From: Paraphysomonas bandaiensis
Lineage: Eukaryota; Protista; Chrysophyceae
Reading direction: 5' to 3'
Length of the DNA stretch: 64,000 nucleotides
Assembly: GCA_965644295.1 (NCBI GenBank)
Contig: CBFFRP010000445.1
Coordinates: 141,845-205,844 of the forward strand
Part shown: one piece after another, positions 50,895-62,876 of the stretch
Layout of the letters: the number at the start of each line of letters is the position of its first letter
Position numbering within the stretch: position 1 is the stretch's first letter
Notes under the pieces: model-generated
Database searches by the model: none
What the model was told of the DNA's origin: nothing
The model's input: the letters and a program-made list of their open reading frames with translations, nothing else
Translations under genes and position numbers: made by a program

Positions 50895-51781
50895 CCCTCA
50901 ACAAAAAGTCGGACTCGCACCTTTTTCGTGGTGTTCTGCAAGGTAAGTACCGGAGAGATTTCTCCGGGAAATTAACGTGAGCCGCATATATATAGTCAGC
51001 AGATATTGTTCTGCCCACTCATAACCAAATGCTTGTGTGGTACACAAAAAGGGGCACTAATATAAGTGTCACTTGTGTAGTATAGACGTCTTTGGGCTTT
51101 GACGAATAAACAGTTATCCGGGACCTGAAAGGCATCTCCGGGGTATTTTGGGCTTCCTGCTGCTGAAGTCAAGCACCCGGAATAGTTCACCTTAAAGGCA
51201 GAGAAACCCGAAGTAATACATACCAAAACCTGGTAAAGCGATTTCACCCAGTAGGTTCGTAATATATATCTAAATATATACTGAATCATTATTTTACTGT
51301 AATTTGTATCAGAGAGGTTGTTATTAAAAGAAAAAATGTCGCAATAATAGTTGTTATTAGAAGTATTTATTGCGTTACAAGTTGTCCCCCTGCTAATATC
51401 ATATTCTCTTTTATATAGTAGCTGCATTTGCCTCTCTTAGACTGCAAACGCTCCAACCAAATAGCCTGGTTTTGGATACATATTGCATACGCATATATAT
51501 AGCTACCTTCACCACTACATACATGCAATAACACCACTACTATTTACAGTAGTATTATTACCCCAGCGGCAACAGCCGTTGGGGGCACATATTACTAGTA
51601 AAAGTGGAGGATCATAAGCACGTATTGCTCTGAGCAACAGAGCGAAAGTGGTTGCACCTTGGTGTTTGCGGTTACGCACAAGTAGCTTTCATAGCGTTAA
51701 ATAATATAGTAGAATATAATCAGAGTTAAGCATTGACTCATAAACGCCTATTGCTAATATTATACTAAGACATTAACTACA
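50895..51781 (+). mobile_element. R1 copy split by a later insertion (pieces 50895-51195 and ~51630-51781)
   Basis: Starts CCCTCAAC and is collinear with the 7193 copy. J4/2 reads TTAAC, so the candidate catalytic C is changed to T. Confidence 0.7.
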
Positions 51782-51984
51782 ATATTGCAGACTGTGTTGA
51801 GCGGTCCGTCTGCGTCGACATGTTCATGAACATGACAATATATAGAGTGGGTTCGGCTAACACCCCCAGCGCCACACCAGTTTTTGCATGTCAGCATATA
51901 TAGCCTAAACTTCTATCTGCAGCAAGCATAATGTATCCAGTCGTGGAACGTTGCTAAACTTTTCTCCAGCCCATCAGACCGTTA

Positions 51985-52565
51985 TGTAGCAAAATTGGGT
52001 ATGTCAAGTATGGGTGATTTAGGAGGTTGTTATGGCTGAAGAATAAGATGAAGTGATGTAGGTTGTAGTATGAGATGAGATGTAGATGGTAGTTATGATT
52101 AGATTAGAAGATACGAGTATTAAGGCCAGATATAGGGTTGGAGTGTACCGGAACTACCCGTACATACGGATGTAACGGACGTTCATGGTAACCCGTACAG
52201 TATTATGATGGTATACGTAGGTATTCTGTAGGATGATATAGGAGTAGATAGCAGGATGTTAAGGGATTTCTATATGATTATTTCTGGAAGTAGAAAACTA
52301 GCTATTTATGGCTGGGAAACCACTTCTAGAATTTACTATGGGGATATAGGTAGAAGGATATGGAGTTTTAGATATAATAGTGAAAGTTGATATCGTAGTT
52401 GTTGAAAGTTAAGAAGTAGCGAAGTAAAGAGTAAGAAGAGGAAGTTAAGTGAAGAGTGTTGTGAGAAGACTATCCTACCCCACATCACCTGTGCACATGG
52501 ACAGGGATGATAAGACCAGCAATGTTAGTCATGATAGCGAGGCTCAATCACCCGTAGTCGTTACA
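51985..52565 (+). mobile_element. 5' LTR of a retrotransposon
   Basis: Ends GTCGTTACA and is followed by a PBS. Homologous to the solo copy at 31.8-32.3 kb. The 5' boundary is uncertain (TGTAGC at 51985; homology visible from ~52070). Confidence 0.65.
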
Positions 52566-54257
52566 CTTGGTGGACAACGTGGGCTGGGTACAGTGGTTGA
52601 AAGTGATCAACTCAGCCATGCGTCACCCAGCGCACTATCGGCACGATCTCGGAGAGAGCCTTTGCCAGAAGAGGGAAACATTGAGAGTATCAGCCTAGGC
52701 CATGAGGGAGAGGAGAGACAGGAGACTAAGGAGGAACTGCGGTCCCATGCACAGAAGGACCTATTGGAGCACGGGCTGAGGATGCAGAGTATGGATGACA
52801 GGAAAGGTGGAACCCAACCCAATTGGTCTGGAAGGTCTACAGAGCAGATAGAATGGATGCGTGATCCTATTCTTGGAGGCAGAGACCTGGAGATGGGGGA
52901 TAGGAGTAGTAGAGATGATTTGAAGAGCTCGTGGAGGAGCACAGGAAGAGAAGAGAAGATTAAAAGGAGAGATGTTTACGCAAGAGCAGATGATGTGAGG
53001 GGCCCATCAGGAGGTCCTGGATATATTAGAAGAAAGGATTATGCAACAGATGAAGATGTAAGGGGCCCATTAGGAGGTCCTGGAGATGATTATATGAAAG
53101 ATGAAGATTTAAGGGGCCCATTAGGAGGTCTTGGATATGACAGAAGAGATGATTATATGAAAGATGAAGATTTGAGGGGCCCATCAGGAGGTCCTAGATA
53201 TAGTAGAAGAGATGATTATATGAAAGATGAAGATTTGAGGGGCCCATCAGGAGGTCCTGGATATAGTAAAAGAGAGGATTATGTGAGAGAAGTGAATTTT
53301 AGGGACCTATCCAGAGGTCTTGGTGAAGAGATAGAAAAGCAGATGAGAGTACCTGAATGGCTGGTGGAGCCTAGTAGAGAACGGAGTGTAAAAGGACAGA
53401 TTGGGAGATTAAGTAGAAGTGTACAGAGTGAAAGAGAGTTGCATCGACTGTTGATGAGAGAATTAGAGATAGGAGTAGGGAATGAAGGGTTGACTGCAGC
53501 GCACCGTCAGGCGTGTGAATATTGGCTCCGGAATCGAAGTAAACTATTGAGTGGTAGTATGGAGACGGGTATAAAGATGCTCAGCCAGCTGACTGAACTA
53601 AACCGAATAGGGGAGAGGATACAGTATGTGGAGGCTCAGCAAGAGGCGCTGTTAGCTGCTAGGAAGGAGTTATCAGAGAAGGCAAGGATGTTGTGGATAC
53701 AGAAAGGAGAGAGCATGTGTGATAGCAATGGAAGGACCTCAGACAGGATGCGTGTAGTGGAGGAAGTTGATGAAACAGATAGTGATGACTGGGAGAACAG
53801 CGCAGGAGTATATAGGAAGGGAGTGATGAGAGGGCCTTTATCAGGAATACAAACTATGACACGGGAAGAAGCAGAGACATGTGGATATAAGACATTCTGC
53901 CGCTGGTGTAATATGGTGGGAAAGGAGTACAAGAGTAGTCTGGATAGGCAATTAGAGGAAAAGTGTCAGAGTTTTCTGAGGACTCGGAATGTTGCGCAGC
54001 ATGTGTTTGACTTGTTAGGGAAGATACCCATACCTCGATGGATGAGGATAGAGACCGCAGGAAAGCTGAGATTCCAACCTATAGACTTTGATGCTTTAGG
54101 ACGCTCAACAGGAATGGTGAAGAGAGTGGATTGTGTCCAGTTCTTTGATAGTCTTTATGCAGCAGCGCATACTGCGAATATGTCACCCATGAGGATATTA
54201 GCGGAGATAAGAGGAGGAACAGTATTCAAAGGAGAGTTAGCTGAAGAGGTAAGATGA
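52449..54257 (+). CDS. Gag-like retrotransposon ORF with ~21-aa tandem repeats, truncated
   Basis: A 602-codon purine-rich ORF running through the LTR end and PBS, with about six RRDDYMKDEDLRGPSGGPGY-type repeats (~52966-53322). It stops just before the 54281 junction. Gag assignment is positional. Confidence 0.55.
   Translation: MKSVVRRLSYPTSPVHMDRDDKTSNVSHDSEAQSPVVVTLGGQRGLGTVVESDQLSHASPSALSARSRREPLPEEGNIESISLGHEGEERQETKEELRSHAQKDLLEHGLRMQSMDDRKGGTQPNWSGRSTEQIEWMRDPILGGRDLEMGDRSSRDDLKSSWRSTGREEKIKRRDVYARADDVRGPSGGPGYIRRKDYATDEDVRGPLGGPGDDYMKDEDLRGPLGGLGYDRRDDYMKDEDLRGPSGGPRYSRRDDYMKDEDLRGPSGGPGYSKREDYVREVNFRDLSRGLGEEIEKQMRVPEWLVEPSRERSVKGQIGRLSRSVQSERELHRLLMRELEIGVGNEGLTAAHRQACEYWLRNRSKLLSGSMETGIKMLSQLTELNRIGERIQYVEAQQEALLAARKELSEKARMLWIQKGESMCDSNGRTSDRMRVVEEVDETDSDDWENSAGVYRKGVMRGPLSGIQTMTREEAETCGYKTFCRWCNMVGKEYKSSLDRQLEEKCQSFLRTRNVAQHVFDLLGKIPIPRWMRIETAGKLRFQPIDFDALGRSTGMVKRVDCVQFFDSLYAAAHTANMSPMRILAEIRGGTVFKGELAEEVR
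52568..52583 (+). other. Primer-binding site, tRNA-Ala type
   Basis: TGGTGGACAACGTGGG lies 2 nt after the LTR end. Its complement CCCACGUUGUCCACCA has U70 and A73, which are tRNA-Ala identity positions. Confidence 0.7.
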
Positions 54258-54280
54258 TGGAGAATGGCATCAGGTGACTT

Positions 54281-57200
54281 TATGCACAAACCAGACTTGC
54301 GGGTTTGCTCCCAACAAAATGTACAATAAGGTGTGAGTAAACACTTATTATTACTGTTAAATCACCCAACACGGTCAACGATATCCGCTAGATAACGCCG
54401 CGCAGTATTCCCTCTAAGAATAAAGATCGCTGTTAAGACAGTGTCAAGTAACTTAAAACAATGACATGCAAGGAATAACATATAGAATGGTACGCATCTA
54501 CAGAATGAACCAAGTTCATTTTATATCACACACACCACACCGCATGCATTCTTGCATACACCGTGTATACCACACGTATTATGACAATAAAACAAAACTG
54601 AATAACAGCGTATGAAACTGAATAACTGCGCATAAAACTGAAACTACGCATAAAACTGAAATAAAACCATAGTGATAAAACTGAAAAACAGCTAACTAAA
54701 ATGAGTAACGTGATACCGTATTCGCTGATAGTCTACTGCTCTTATCATACTCCCTAAACTCATATAAAACTTATTGCATCTTTACTCTCTCCATATATTC
54801 CTCTTTAAGCCACACGCTTGCCATAATAGCCACCCACTATGCCTGCTTAGCAGCATCACCATGCATAGCGTCTATAGTATGCTCTTGAATGGTCCTAACT
54901 CCTGCTCATCTCCACATCCAGAGCACCATCATGAAAATGCAGCTCACAGAGGTATTGGGCTGTGTACATCCATAGTTCTGCACTTAACTTGAGACATTTA
55001 TGTTCAGGATGTACTAGCAACATCTGAAGATCCCTTCTTATGCTGTTCTGAGGATGATGCAGAGAGAATTGTGTGTACATCACGTTGATGCTACCTAAGT
55101 CTCTCTCCATTGCCCTTATTGCTTCTACGTCGTAAAACAACAGGTGCAGTCGGCTGGCTTCACGTGTATTGCAAGTAGTAGAGATACTGGGTAACGTGTT
55201 TTGAGTGTCGTGATATTAATAACTGCCTAGAGTAGCCGCAAGTATGCACTTCAGTGTGAATGGCTTGTTGTAATTCCGTGACTCGTGGCTAGATGTTTGC
55301 ACTTCCTTCGTAAATAATTATCTTGTACTGTTTGCTGTCCTTCTTCTGTTGTTGACTCTCTTCTTGTTGTTGAATTCCCTATTTCACTACTACACTTGCT
55401 ACTATATAAACCCCCAGGGTTACACTACCTTTTTCCCTCTCTTTTTTTTTTTTTTTTCGATAATAATATATAACTCAGTATAAAACTAAGTCAAAATTAA
55501 TGTTGATGGACTTGGGGAAAACGTAGCGCAAAGTCGGAATCTATCAGTACCATAGTTGTCGGATCGAAGTCGCGATGTACAAAACATTTCACATGGTAGT
55601 TATCAAATCTGTATGTGGCTTTGGTCATGGGATTCTTGACAGAAATTAGCTTCTTGCTGGTTTTATGATACCAGTGAGTGAGCATAAATTGCATCACATA
55701 TGTAACAGTGGGCGAATCTGGTAGTTGTAGGGCATCATACCAGTCATCTCCGAATACTCTGATATCTACATACACCTCGTCACCCGGTTGAACCGTAGTT
55801 ATTGACTGCTTCCTCTTCTCACTGATATATTTGGCGGCCCCATCCGTGGTATAAATAAGATGATGTAGATAAGGCTTGCTGCTACAGAATTCCTCATAGG
55901 CTATGGAATCAAATAAATCCTGGCTGTAAGGTAGCTCTCTGATATCTCCATCCTTGAAACGTACTGTAAACAACATTGTTGAACGCCGTTCTCTGTCTCC
56001 AGTGTAATATAAAATAGTGTCGATCTCATGCTGATCATGATCTCGCATAGCCATTTTATAGGCTTGTTCCCTGTCTCCGGGATATAATTTTACATCCCGT
56101 ACATCTACTTTTGTTACAACTCCGGTCACCAAATGTTTGCAGTCAATATCATTCTTATATTGCGATATAACCTGAAATGGTCCTAGGTATCTATGAGACA
56201 TTTTAGGGTAAACCTTGGCCCCTTTGTCAAATAAAACAAAGTCGCCCGGCTGATACTGATTCTGTCGCTGAGGAGATATGCCTTTACTGAAACGTTTGGC
56301 CTTCAACTTATCTTGATATTCTCTCGAACTGCGTTGCAACAGAGCTAGATTATCATTGAGTTTATGTAGTCTAGCATGGGCTTTCTCTGGTACTTCATCC
56401 CTTCCCATATTGTTATACCTCTCACTCTCAGAACCAAATGTTAACTCAAAAGGCGAATACCCCGTTTCAGATGATACTTCAGAATTCAATACATGTGCCA
56501 CTGTAGGAATCCAGCTGGGGTCTTCAAATACATCTCGCTTCTCTTCTTTCTCGCTGTAATCGAATACTAATGCTCTTAAATGCCGCACTACCTCTCCTAT
56601 GATCCTCTCGCATCCGTTGGCATGTCTATCCGCTATGCTGAATGTGTGTTTGACACCAATATATGAGCAAAGTTGGTCAAATAACTGGGATTTTAGATCA
56701 GGTCCTTGATCCGATATGATCACATCAGTATGACCAAATTGACTCCAATACTTCCATACAGTATTAGCAAGATTTATGGCAGTGACTCCCTTCACTGGTT
56801 CAAGGAAGACATGTTTTGTAAACAGGTTTACCACCACGTTAATATGCGTGTAGCCTTCTTTACCGTGGGGTGTAATTTCCACTGCATCGATACCGATGGC
56901 ACTACGAGCTGAAGGTGGTTTTAAACTGCGAGGTATAGCTATCAAAGCTTCTTGCATTCCGAGTCGTGTCTTAGCACAGTTGGGACATTTATTGATCATC
57001 TCGGTGACTTCTTCAAAAGATATCCTGTGTCCCGGGCATTTCTTATTCAATTTTACCCACGTGGCATAAGCTCCTTTGTGACCTTGTCTGGCATTATGAA
57101 CTGCTTGAAAACATTCCTCTTTGGATAAATACAACGGTTCCAACTCTTCTTCCTTGTCATCCGGATCCATAAAATTGTTAAGATAGATGTCTAAGTTGCC

Positions 57201-58090
57201 AAACATAGTTTCATCAATGTATTCCTTAATGTCCATATCAGGAAATATACCAGCCAAATGTTGCAACTTATGTGCTCTGGAGAGCCAATCTGCTAACCAA
57301 TTTTGAGAACCTGGAATGTGCCGAATCATAAAGTTAAACGATTGCAGGTATATACGCCATCTCACAATTTTCGGTACTTCAGATGCCTCCATCCACACTA
57401 AATTGTTATGATCGGTCTCAATAATAAACTCCTTGCCCACTAAATAATATGCGAGGTTTCTGACAGCATAATAGGTACCGTAGCCTTCCTGCTCTATCGT
57501 AGCCCATCGTTTTGCTTGCGTTGAGAATTTTTTCGATATAAATGCTATTGGTTGTAACTGAACAGTACCATCCTCTAAAATTTTCTTCTGTAATAATACT
57601 GCTCCTACTCCTAGCTCGCTAGCATCAGTTCTTAGGATCCATTCTAACGAATAGTCGGGATAAAATAACTCACAGGCCTCTTGTAGACCCTTTATGAATC
57701 TTCGATACTCCTCTTCGTAATCATGCTTCCATGTAGATTTATCCCAGTTGAAAGTTTTCTTGGTCATGTCCGGAAGATGACCTACCAAGTCAGAATATCT
57801 AGGTGTGAACCCTGAGAAGAAAACTCCTTTTCCTAGTAAGCTTCTGGCCGTCTTAGTACTCGTAGGCATTGGAATGTTAGCCAAAGCTTCCTTCTTATCA
57901 GGACTGACCTCATACGATTTGTGTCTGCACACGTAGCCAAAGAAATTCACTTCCCGGAATCCCAGCCAACTCTTAGGCATCTTGAGTTTTTCATTACGTT
58001 CAATACACCGGTCAATTATCATTTCAAACTTTTTGTATGCATCAGCGGGGTCTTCAGCTAAGATCAACATGTTGTCAAACATGACTATAT
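54281..58090 (-). mobile_element. Ty3/gypsy chromovirus-like element, 5'-truncated copy 1
   Basis: pol remnant, then a PPT (A16-GAGAGGGAAAAAGGTAG, ~55425-55457), then an LTR-like region starting TGTAACCC at 55424 and running to 54281. Confidence 0.88.
55497..58082 (-). CDS. pol: Pol fragment: RT C-terminus, RNase H, integrase and chromodomain
   Basis: MFDNMLI...VNFFGY (RT); TDASELGVGAVL, ETDHNNL and LADWLSR (RNase H); H-H-CPNC, GIDAV, SDQG and NGCERI (integrase); YLGPFQV (GPY/F); HEIDTIL...FTVRFKDG (chromodomain). The order is gypsy-type. Confidence 0.92.
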   Translation of the reverse strand: MFDNMLILAEDPADAYKKFEMIIDRCIERNEKLKMPKSWLGFREVNFFGYVCRHKSYEVSPDKKEALANIPMPTSTKTARSLLGKGVFFSGFTPRYSDLVGHLPDMTKKTFNWDKSTWKHDYEEEYRRFIKGLQEACELFYPDYSLEWILRTDASELGVGAVLLQKKILEDGTVQLQPIAFISKKFSTQAKRWATIEQEGYGTYYAVRNLAYYLVGKEFIIETDHNNLVWMEASEVPKIVRWRIYLQSFNFMIRHIPGSQNWLADWLSRAHKLQHLAGIFPDMDIKEYIDETMFGNLDIYLNNFMDPDDKEEELEPLYLSKEECFQAVHNARQGHKGAYATWVKLNKKCPGHRISFEEVTEMINKCPNCAKTRLGMQEALIAIPRSLKPPSARSAIGIDAVEITPHGKEGYTHINVVVNLFTKHVFLEPVKGVTAINLANTVWKYWSQFGHTDVIISDQGPDLKSQLFDQLCSYIGVKHTFSIADRHANGCERIIGEVVRHLRALVFDYSEKEEKRDVFEDPSWIPTVAHVLNSEVSSETGYSPFELTFGSESERYNNMGRDEVPEKAHARLHKLNDNLALLQRSSREYQDKLKAKRFSKGISPQRQNQYQPGDFVLFDKGAKVYPKMSHRYLGPFQVISQYKNDIDCKHLVTGVVTKVDVRDVKLYPGDREQAYKMAMRDHDQHEIDTILYYTGDRERRSTMLFTVRFKDGDIRELPYSQDLFDSIAYEEFCSSKPYLHHLIYTTDGAAKYISEKRKQSITTVQPGDEVYVDIRVFGDDWYDALQLPDSPTVTYVMQFMLTHWYHKTSKKLISVKNPMTKATYRFDNYHVKCFVHRDFDPTTMVLIDSDFALRFPQVHQH

Positions 58091-60450
58091 ATATGTCTCA
58101 ATCACTGAATTCATTGGAATCCGTAACAACTCCGTATTGAGAAACATCACACTCCACTTGCTTAAATCGAATATATGTTGAAAGATATTCGAATACAACG
58201 CTCGACAAAATAGATTATAGGCATATAGGAGGTATACTCACAAGCTCCTTCCTTTAGCGTACAAGGTTTTATTACTCGTATCACTTTCTGAATTCCAACC
58301 GTATATCCCACCCATCAATGACGAGCAACGTAATTGTTGATAATTCCTGATGAAAATGATGAATGTTCAAATCACTCTCTCTCACACAGAAAACCGACTA
58401 CTCTCAGTTTATCCCAGTTTGCAACTCACAACAATAGATAATCCAACTCAGTCAATACAAACTGCACAACAGAAGATCCATATGTACGTAACTGACCGTA
58501 GATTGAATTATATAAATCGAACAAGTGATGGCAACTCAGAATGATTCATTTTAATGATGTCACCAGAACATTCGTACGAGACTGACAAGACTCGCATTTT
58601 GATCCGTAACACGTTTGAAACATTTTCAACAAACTCCAGAATCAAATTCCTCTTGTAGCAATCATTGAAAGAAACTAAACAGTATGGCAGTACATCATTG
58701 AGCCCATTGACCACTCTGATATCAATATTTAAACAGAATTCTCAAAATAACTCTGGAAGACTTTCTCAAAATCAAATAACAACAACTGATCCTCAATTTG
58801 CAATAATCACTGGCATTGACGATGCATTCTCAATGATCAAAATATTAGATATAAGTATGATAAATAATAGCTTCTGGAATATATATACACATTCAAACTT
58901 CTCAAAACTCAATCCAATCTTATATATATTTCGGATGAATCACCAAGCCATTTAGCAGTCTTCACACCATAATATATACAAAGATTGTATACAACAGTTG
59001 TCCTTGAGTCCATATAGCCTTTGATAATATTGTTCTGAGACATGAACTGCACACATTCACTACCGACTCCCGTATCTACATTGATCAACGAATCATGAAT
59101 TACACAATGGACATCCAGCGAAGAAACATCTTTCCTCAATGCTACATTGAAAATGTAACCGCGTGTAGACACTCCTCTCCTCAAGCATATAATATAATAA
59201 TGACTGAATTTTAACTGACATTATATTGAATAAAATATTTACGATATACGATACAACATTTCCCTCACAAGCATTGAATAACGAATCCTTTGATTTAGAA
59301 ACTGATGAACCCGTTCGTCACAAACAATACTATCACCTTCTCATCAAAAGAAATGAATTGGCACCCTGATGGTAACGTGTCTCCAATAACAACAATAATA
59401 CAACATCAACATCGGGTACGGCCAATCTTCATCCCAATAGGTTCTCTTTAAAATTGAAATAGATTCACCGAAGTGACAAAAGGCGGTCCAGGGCCATGCT
59501 CATCGCGCTGTACAAGTTCTTTAAAACACAAGCATGGTTCCTCAAACATCATTTTGGTGTAAAGAAGATTAACCACTTCAAGATGACTCAACAATGTCAA
59601 ATGCTTTCCCATAACTCGTCCAGGCATAACCAGAAGATAGCTTAAGGGAGTAACAACAGCCTTCGATGGCAGGGCTGATTGATGTGTTGACATGACAATT
59701 GTGTCACCGTCAATATCGTCGTTGACAGTATGGTTTTCAACTGAAAGCTGATTCACTGAAATGACCTTTACAGTCTTAACAACAGAACACCCTGCATCTT
59801 TTGAGTCATTTTGTTGAGTAGACTTGGACTTCTCAGAAAGAAATTCTGGATGTCTAAGTTCTTCAATCAAAGTTTCACCCAGTGGAGTAACCTGAGAATC
59901 AATAACCGCAATCAAAGCTTCCTTTTCGGCATATTCCGAATCCTCATTATGAATTTCAGAAGACTTTTCGGTCATCTCTTTATCCTCAGTACAAACGACA
60001 GTTTCTTGTTCCAACATGCACTCCACACTGGTAGAATTTAAATTTTCAATATTAATGTTCAAGGGCTCTTTTGCAGCACAAACATCTTGTCCTGCAGAAG
60101 CATCATTCACTGACTTCGAAACTGCAGCTGGAGAATTTTCAAGGGGTTGTGGAAATGAGTACGATCCTTCCAAGACAGCTATTCTTACTCTCAATTCCTT
60201 GAGCTCATCGCTGACCTCAGCTACGTCGTGCTTGAGCCCAGCTACGTCATCTTTTACCCCAGCTACTGTCTCAGTTAGAGTATTTACCATGCCTGTAATT
60301 TGCTCTACGAATCCCTGCATTAGACGCTGCAGGTCTGTGGCTTCGTCTTGATTGACATCCATTACTGTCTATATGCTAAGACAATTGTATCTTACTATCA
60401 GACTAGCTACTGGTGGTTGTCTTTGTCCTATGTGAATGCTAAGCTCTCTG
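58091..60450 (-). pseudogene. Degenerate retroelement-like remnant with a 304-aa coiled-coil ORF (59448-60362)
   Basis: Heptad repeats VAGVKDDVAGLKHDVAEV. Downstream stop-ridden frames contain an integrase-like EYTSYMP...VERCIR segment. Weak. Confidence 0.35.
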
Positions 60451-60614
60451 TAACAAATCTACTGTCTTGACGTGCTTGTCCGCAGGCACAGTACAAGATG
60501 AGATATTGTTGCTTCAAACTTCGCCCCCACAATGGTCAATGACTTCCAATATAAATGATAATTATCTAGTACACTACTACGCAATATAAAAGGCCTTATG
60601 GGACTAGTAGTAAT

Positions 60615-62876
60615 ATTACTATGCACAAACCAGACTTGCGGGTTTGCTCCCAACAAAATGTACAATAAGGTGTGAGTAAACACTTATTATTACTGTTAAA
60701 TCACCCAACACGGTCAACGATATCCGCTAGATAACGCCGCGCAGTATTCCCTCTAAGAATAAAGATCGCTGTTAAGACAGTGTCAAGTAACTTAAAACAA
60801 TGACATGCAAGGAATAACATATAGAATGGTACGCATCTACAGAATGAACCAAGTTCATTTTATATCACACACACCACACCGCATGCATTCTTGCATACAC
60901 CGTGTATACCACACGTATTATGACAATAAAACAAAACTGAATAACAGCGTATGAAACTGAATAACTGCGCATAAAACTGAAACTACGCATAAAACTGAAA
61001 TAAAACCATAGTGATAAAACTGAAAAACAGCTAACTAAAATGAGTAACGTGATACCGTATTCGCTGATAGTCTACTGCTCTTATCATACTCCCTAAACTC
61101 ATATAAAACTTATTGCATCTTTACTCTCTCCATATATTCCTCTTTAAGCCACACGCTTGCCATAATAGCCACCCACTATGCCTGCTTAGCAGCATCACCA
61201 TGCATAGCGTCTATAGTATGCTCTTGAATGGTCCTAACTCCTGCTCATCTCCACATCCAGAGCACCATCATGAAAATGCAGCTCACAGAGGTATTGGGCT
61301 GTGTACATCCATAGTTCTGCACTTAACTTGAGACATTTATGTTCAGGATGTACTAGCAACATCTGAAGATCCCTTCTTATGCTGTTCTGAGGATGATGCA
61401 GAGAGAATTGTGTGTACATCACGTTGATGCTACCTAAGTCTCTCTCCATTGCCCTTATTGCTTCTACGTCGTAAAACAACAGGTGCAGTCGGCTGGCTTC
61501 ACGTGTATTGCAAGTAGTAGAGATACTGGGTAACGTGTTTTGAGTGTCGTGATATTAATAACTGCCTAGAGTAGCCGCAAGTATGCACTTCAGTGTGAAT
61601 GGCTTGTTGTAATTCCGTGACTCGTGGCTAGATGTTTGCACTTCCTTCGTAAATAATTATCTTGTACTGTTTGCTGTCCTTCTTCTGTTGTTGACTCTCT
61701 TCTTGTTGTTGAATTCCCTATTTCACTACTACACTTGCTACTATATAAACCCCCAGGGTTACACTACCTTTTTCCCTCTCTTTTTTTTTTTTTTTTCGAT
61801 AATAATATATAACTCAGTATAAAACTAAGTCAAAATTAATGTTGATGGACTTGGGGAAAACGTAGCGCAAAGTCGGAATCTATCAGTACCATAGTTGTCG
61901 GATCGAAGTCGCGATGTACAAAACATTTCACATGGTAGTTATCAAATCTGTATGTGGCTTTGGTCATGGGATTCTTGACAGAAATTAGCTTCTTGCTGGT
62001 TTTATGATACCAGTGAGTGAGCATAAATTGCATCACATATGTAACAGTGGGCGAATCTGGTAGTTGTAGGGCATCATACCAGTCATCTCCGAATACTCTG
62101 ATATCTACATACACCTCGTCACCCGGTTGAACCGTAGTTATTGACTGCTTCCTCTTCTCACTGATATATTTGGCGGCCCCATCCGTGGTATAAATAAGAT
62201 GATGTAGATAAGGCTTGCTGCTACAGAATTCCTCATAGGCTATGGAATCAAATAAATCCTGGCTGTAAGGTAGCTCTCTGATATCTCCATCCTTGAAACG
62301 TACTGTAAACAACATTGTTGAACGCCGTTCTCTGTCTCCAGTGTAATATAAAATAGTGTCGATCTCATGCTGATCATGATCTCGCATAGCCATTTTATAG
62401 GCTTGTTCCCTGTCTCCGGGATATAATTTTACATCCCGTACATCTACTTTTGTTACAACTCCGGTCACCAAATGTTTGCAGTCAATATCATTCTTATATT
62501 GCGATATAACCTGAAATGGTCCTAGGTATCTATGAGACATTTTAGGGTAAACCTTGGCCCCTTTGTCAAATAAAACAAAGTCGCCCGGCTGATACTGATT
62601 CTGTCGCTGAGGAGATATGCCTTTACTGAAACGTTTGGCCTTCAACTTATCTTGATATTCTCTCGAACTGCGTTGCAACAGAGCTAGATTATCATTGAGT
62701 TTATGTAGTCTAGCATGGGCTTTCTCTGGTACTTCATCCCTTCCCATATTGTTATACCTCTCACTCTCAGAACCAAATGTTAACTCAAAAGGCGAATACC
62801 CCGTTTCAGATGATACTTCAGAATTCAATACATGTGCCACTGTAGGAATCCAGCTGGGGTCTTCAAATACATCTCG
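60615..62876 (-). mobile_element. Gypsy-like copy 2, truncated inside integrase
   Basis: Appears identical to 54281-56537 (offset 6339) and breaks at the RDVFEDPSW codons. Confidence 0.9.

Noticed and set aside
52966-53322. CRISPR-like periodic repeats
   Set aside because: In-frame coding tandem repeats without unique spacers; eukaryotic context and no cas genes.
54774-55140. 72- and 81-aa ORFs repeated three times
   Set aside because: They lie in the duplicated LTR-like region, start at non-ATG codons and have no recognisable domain.
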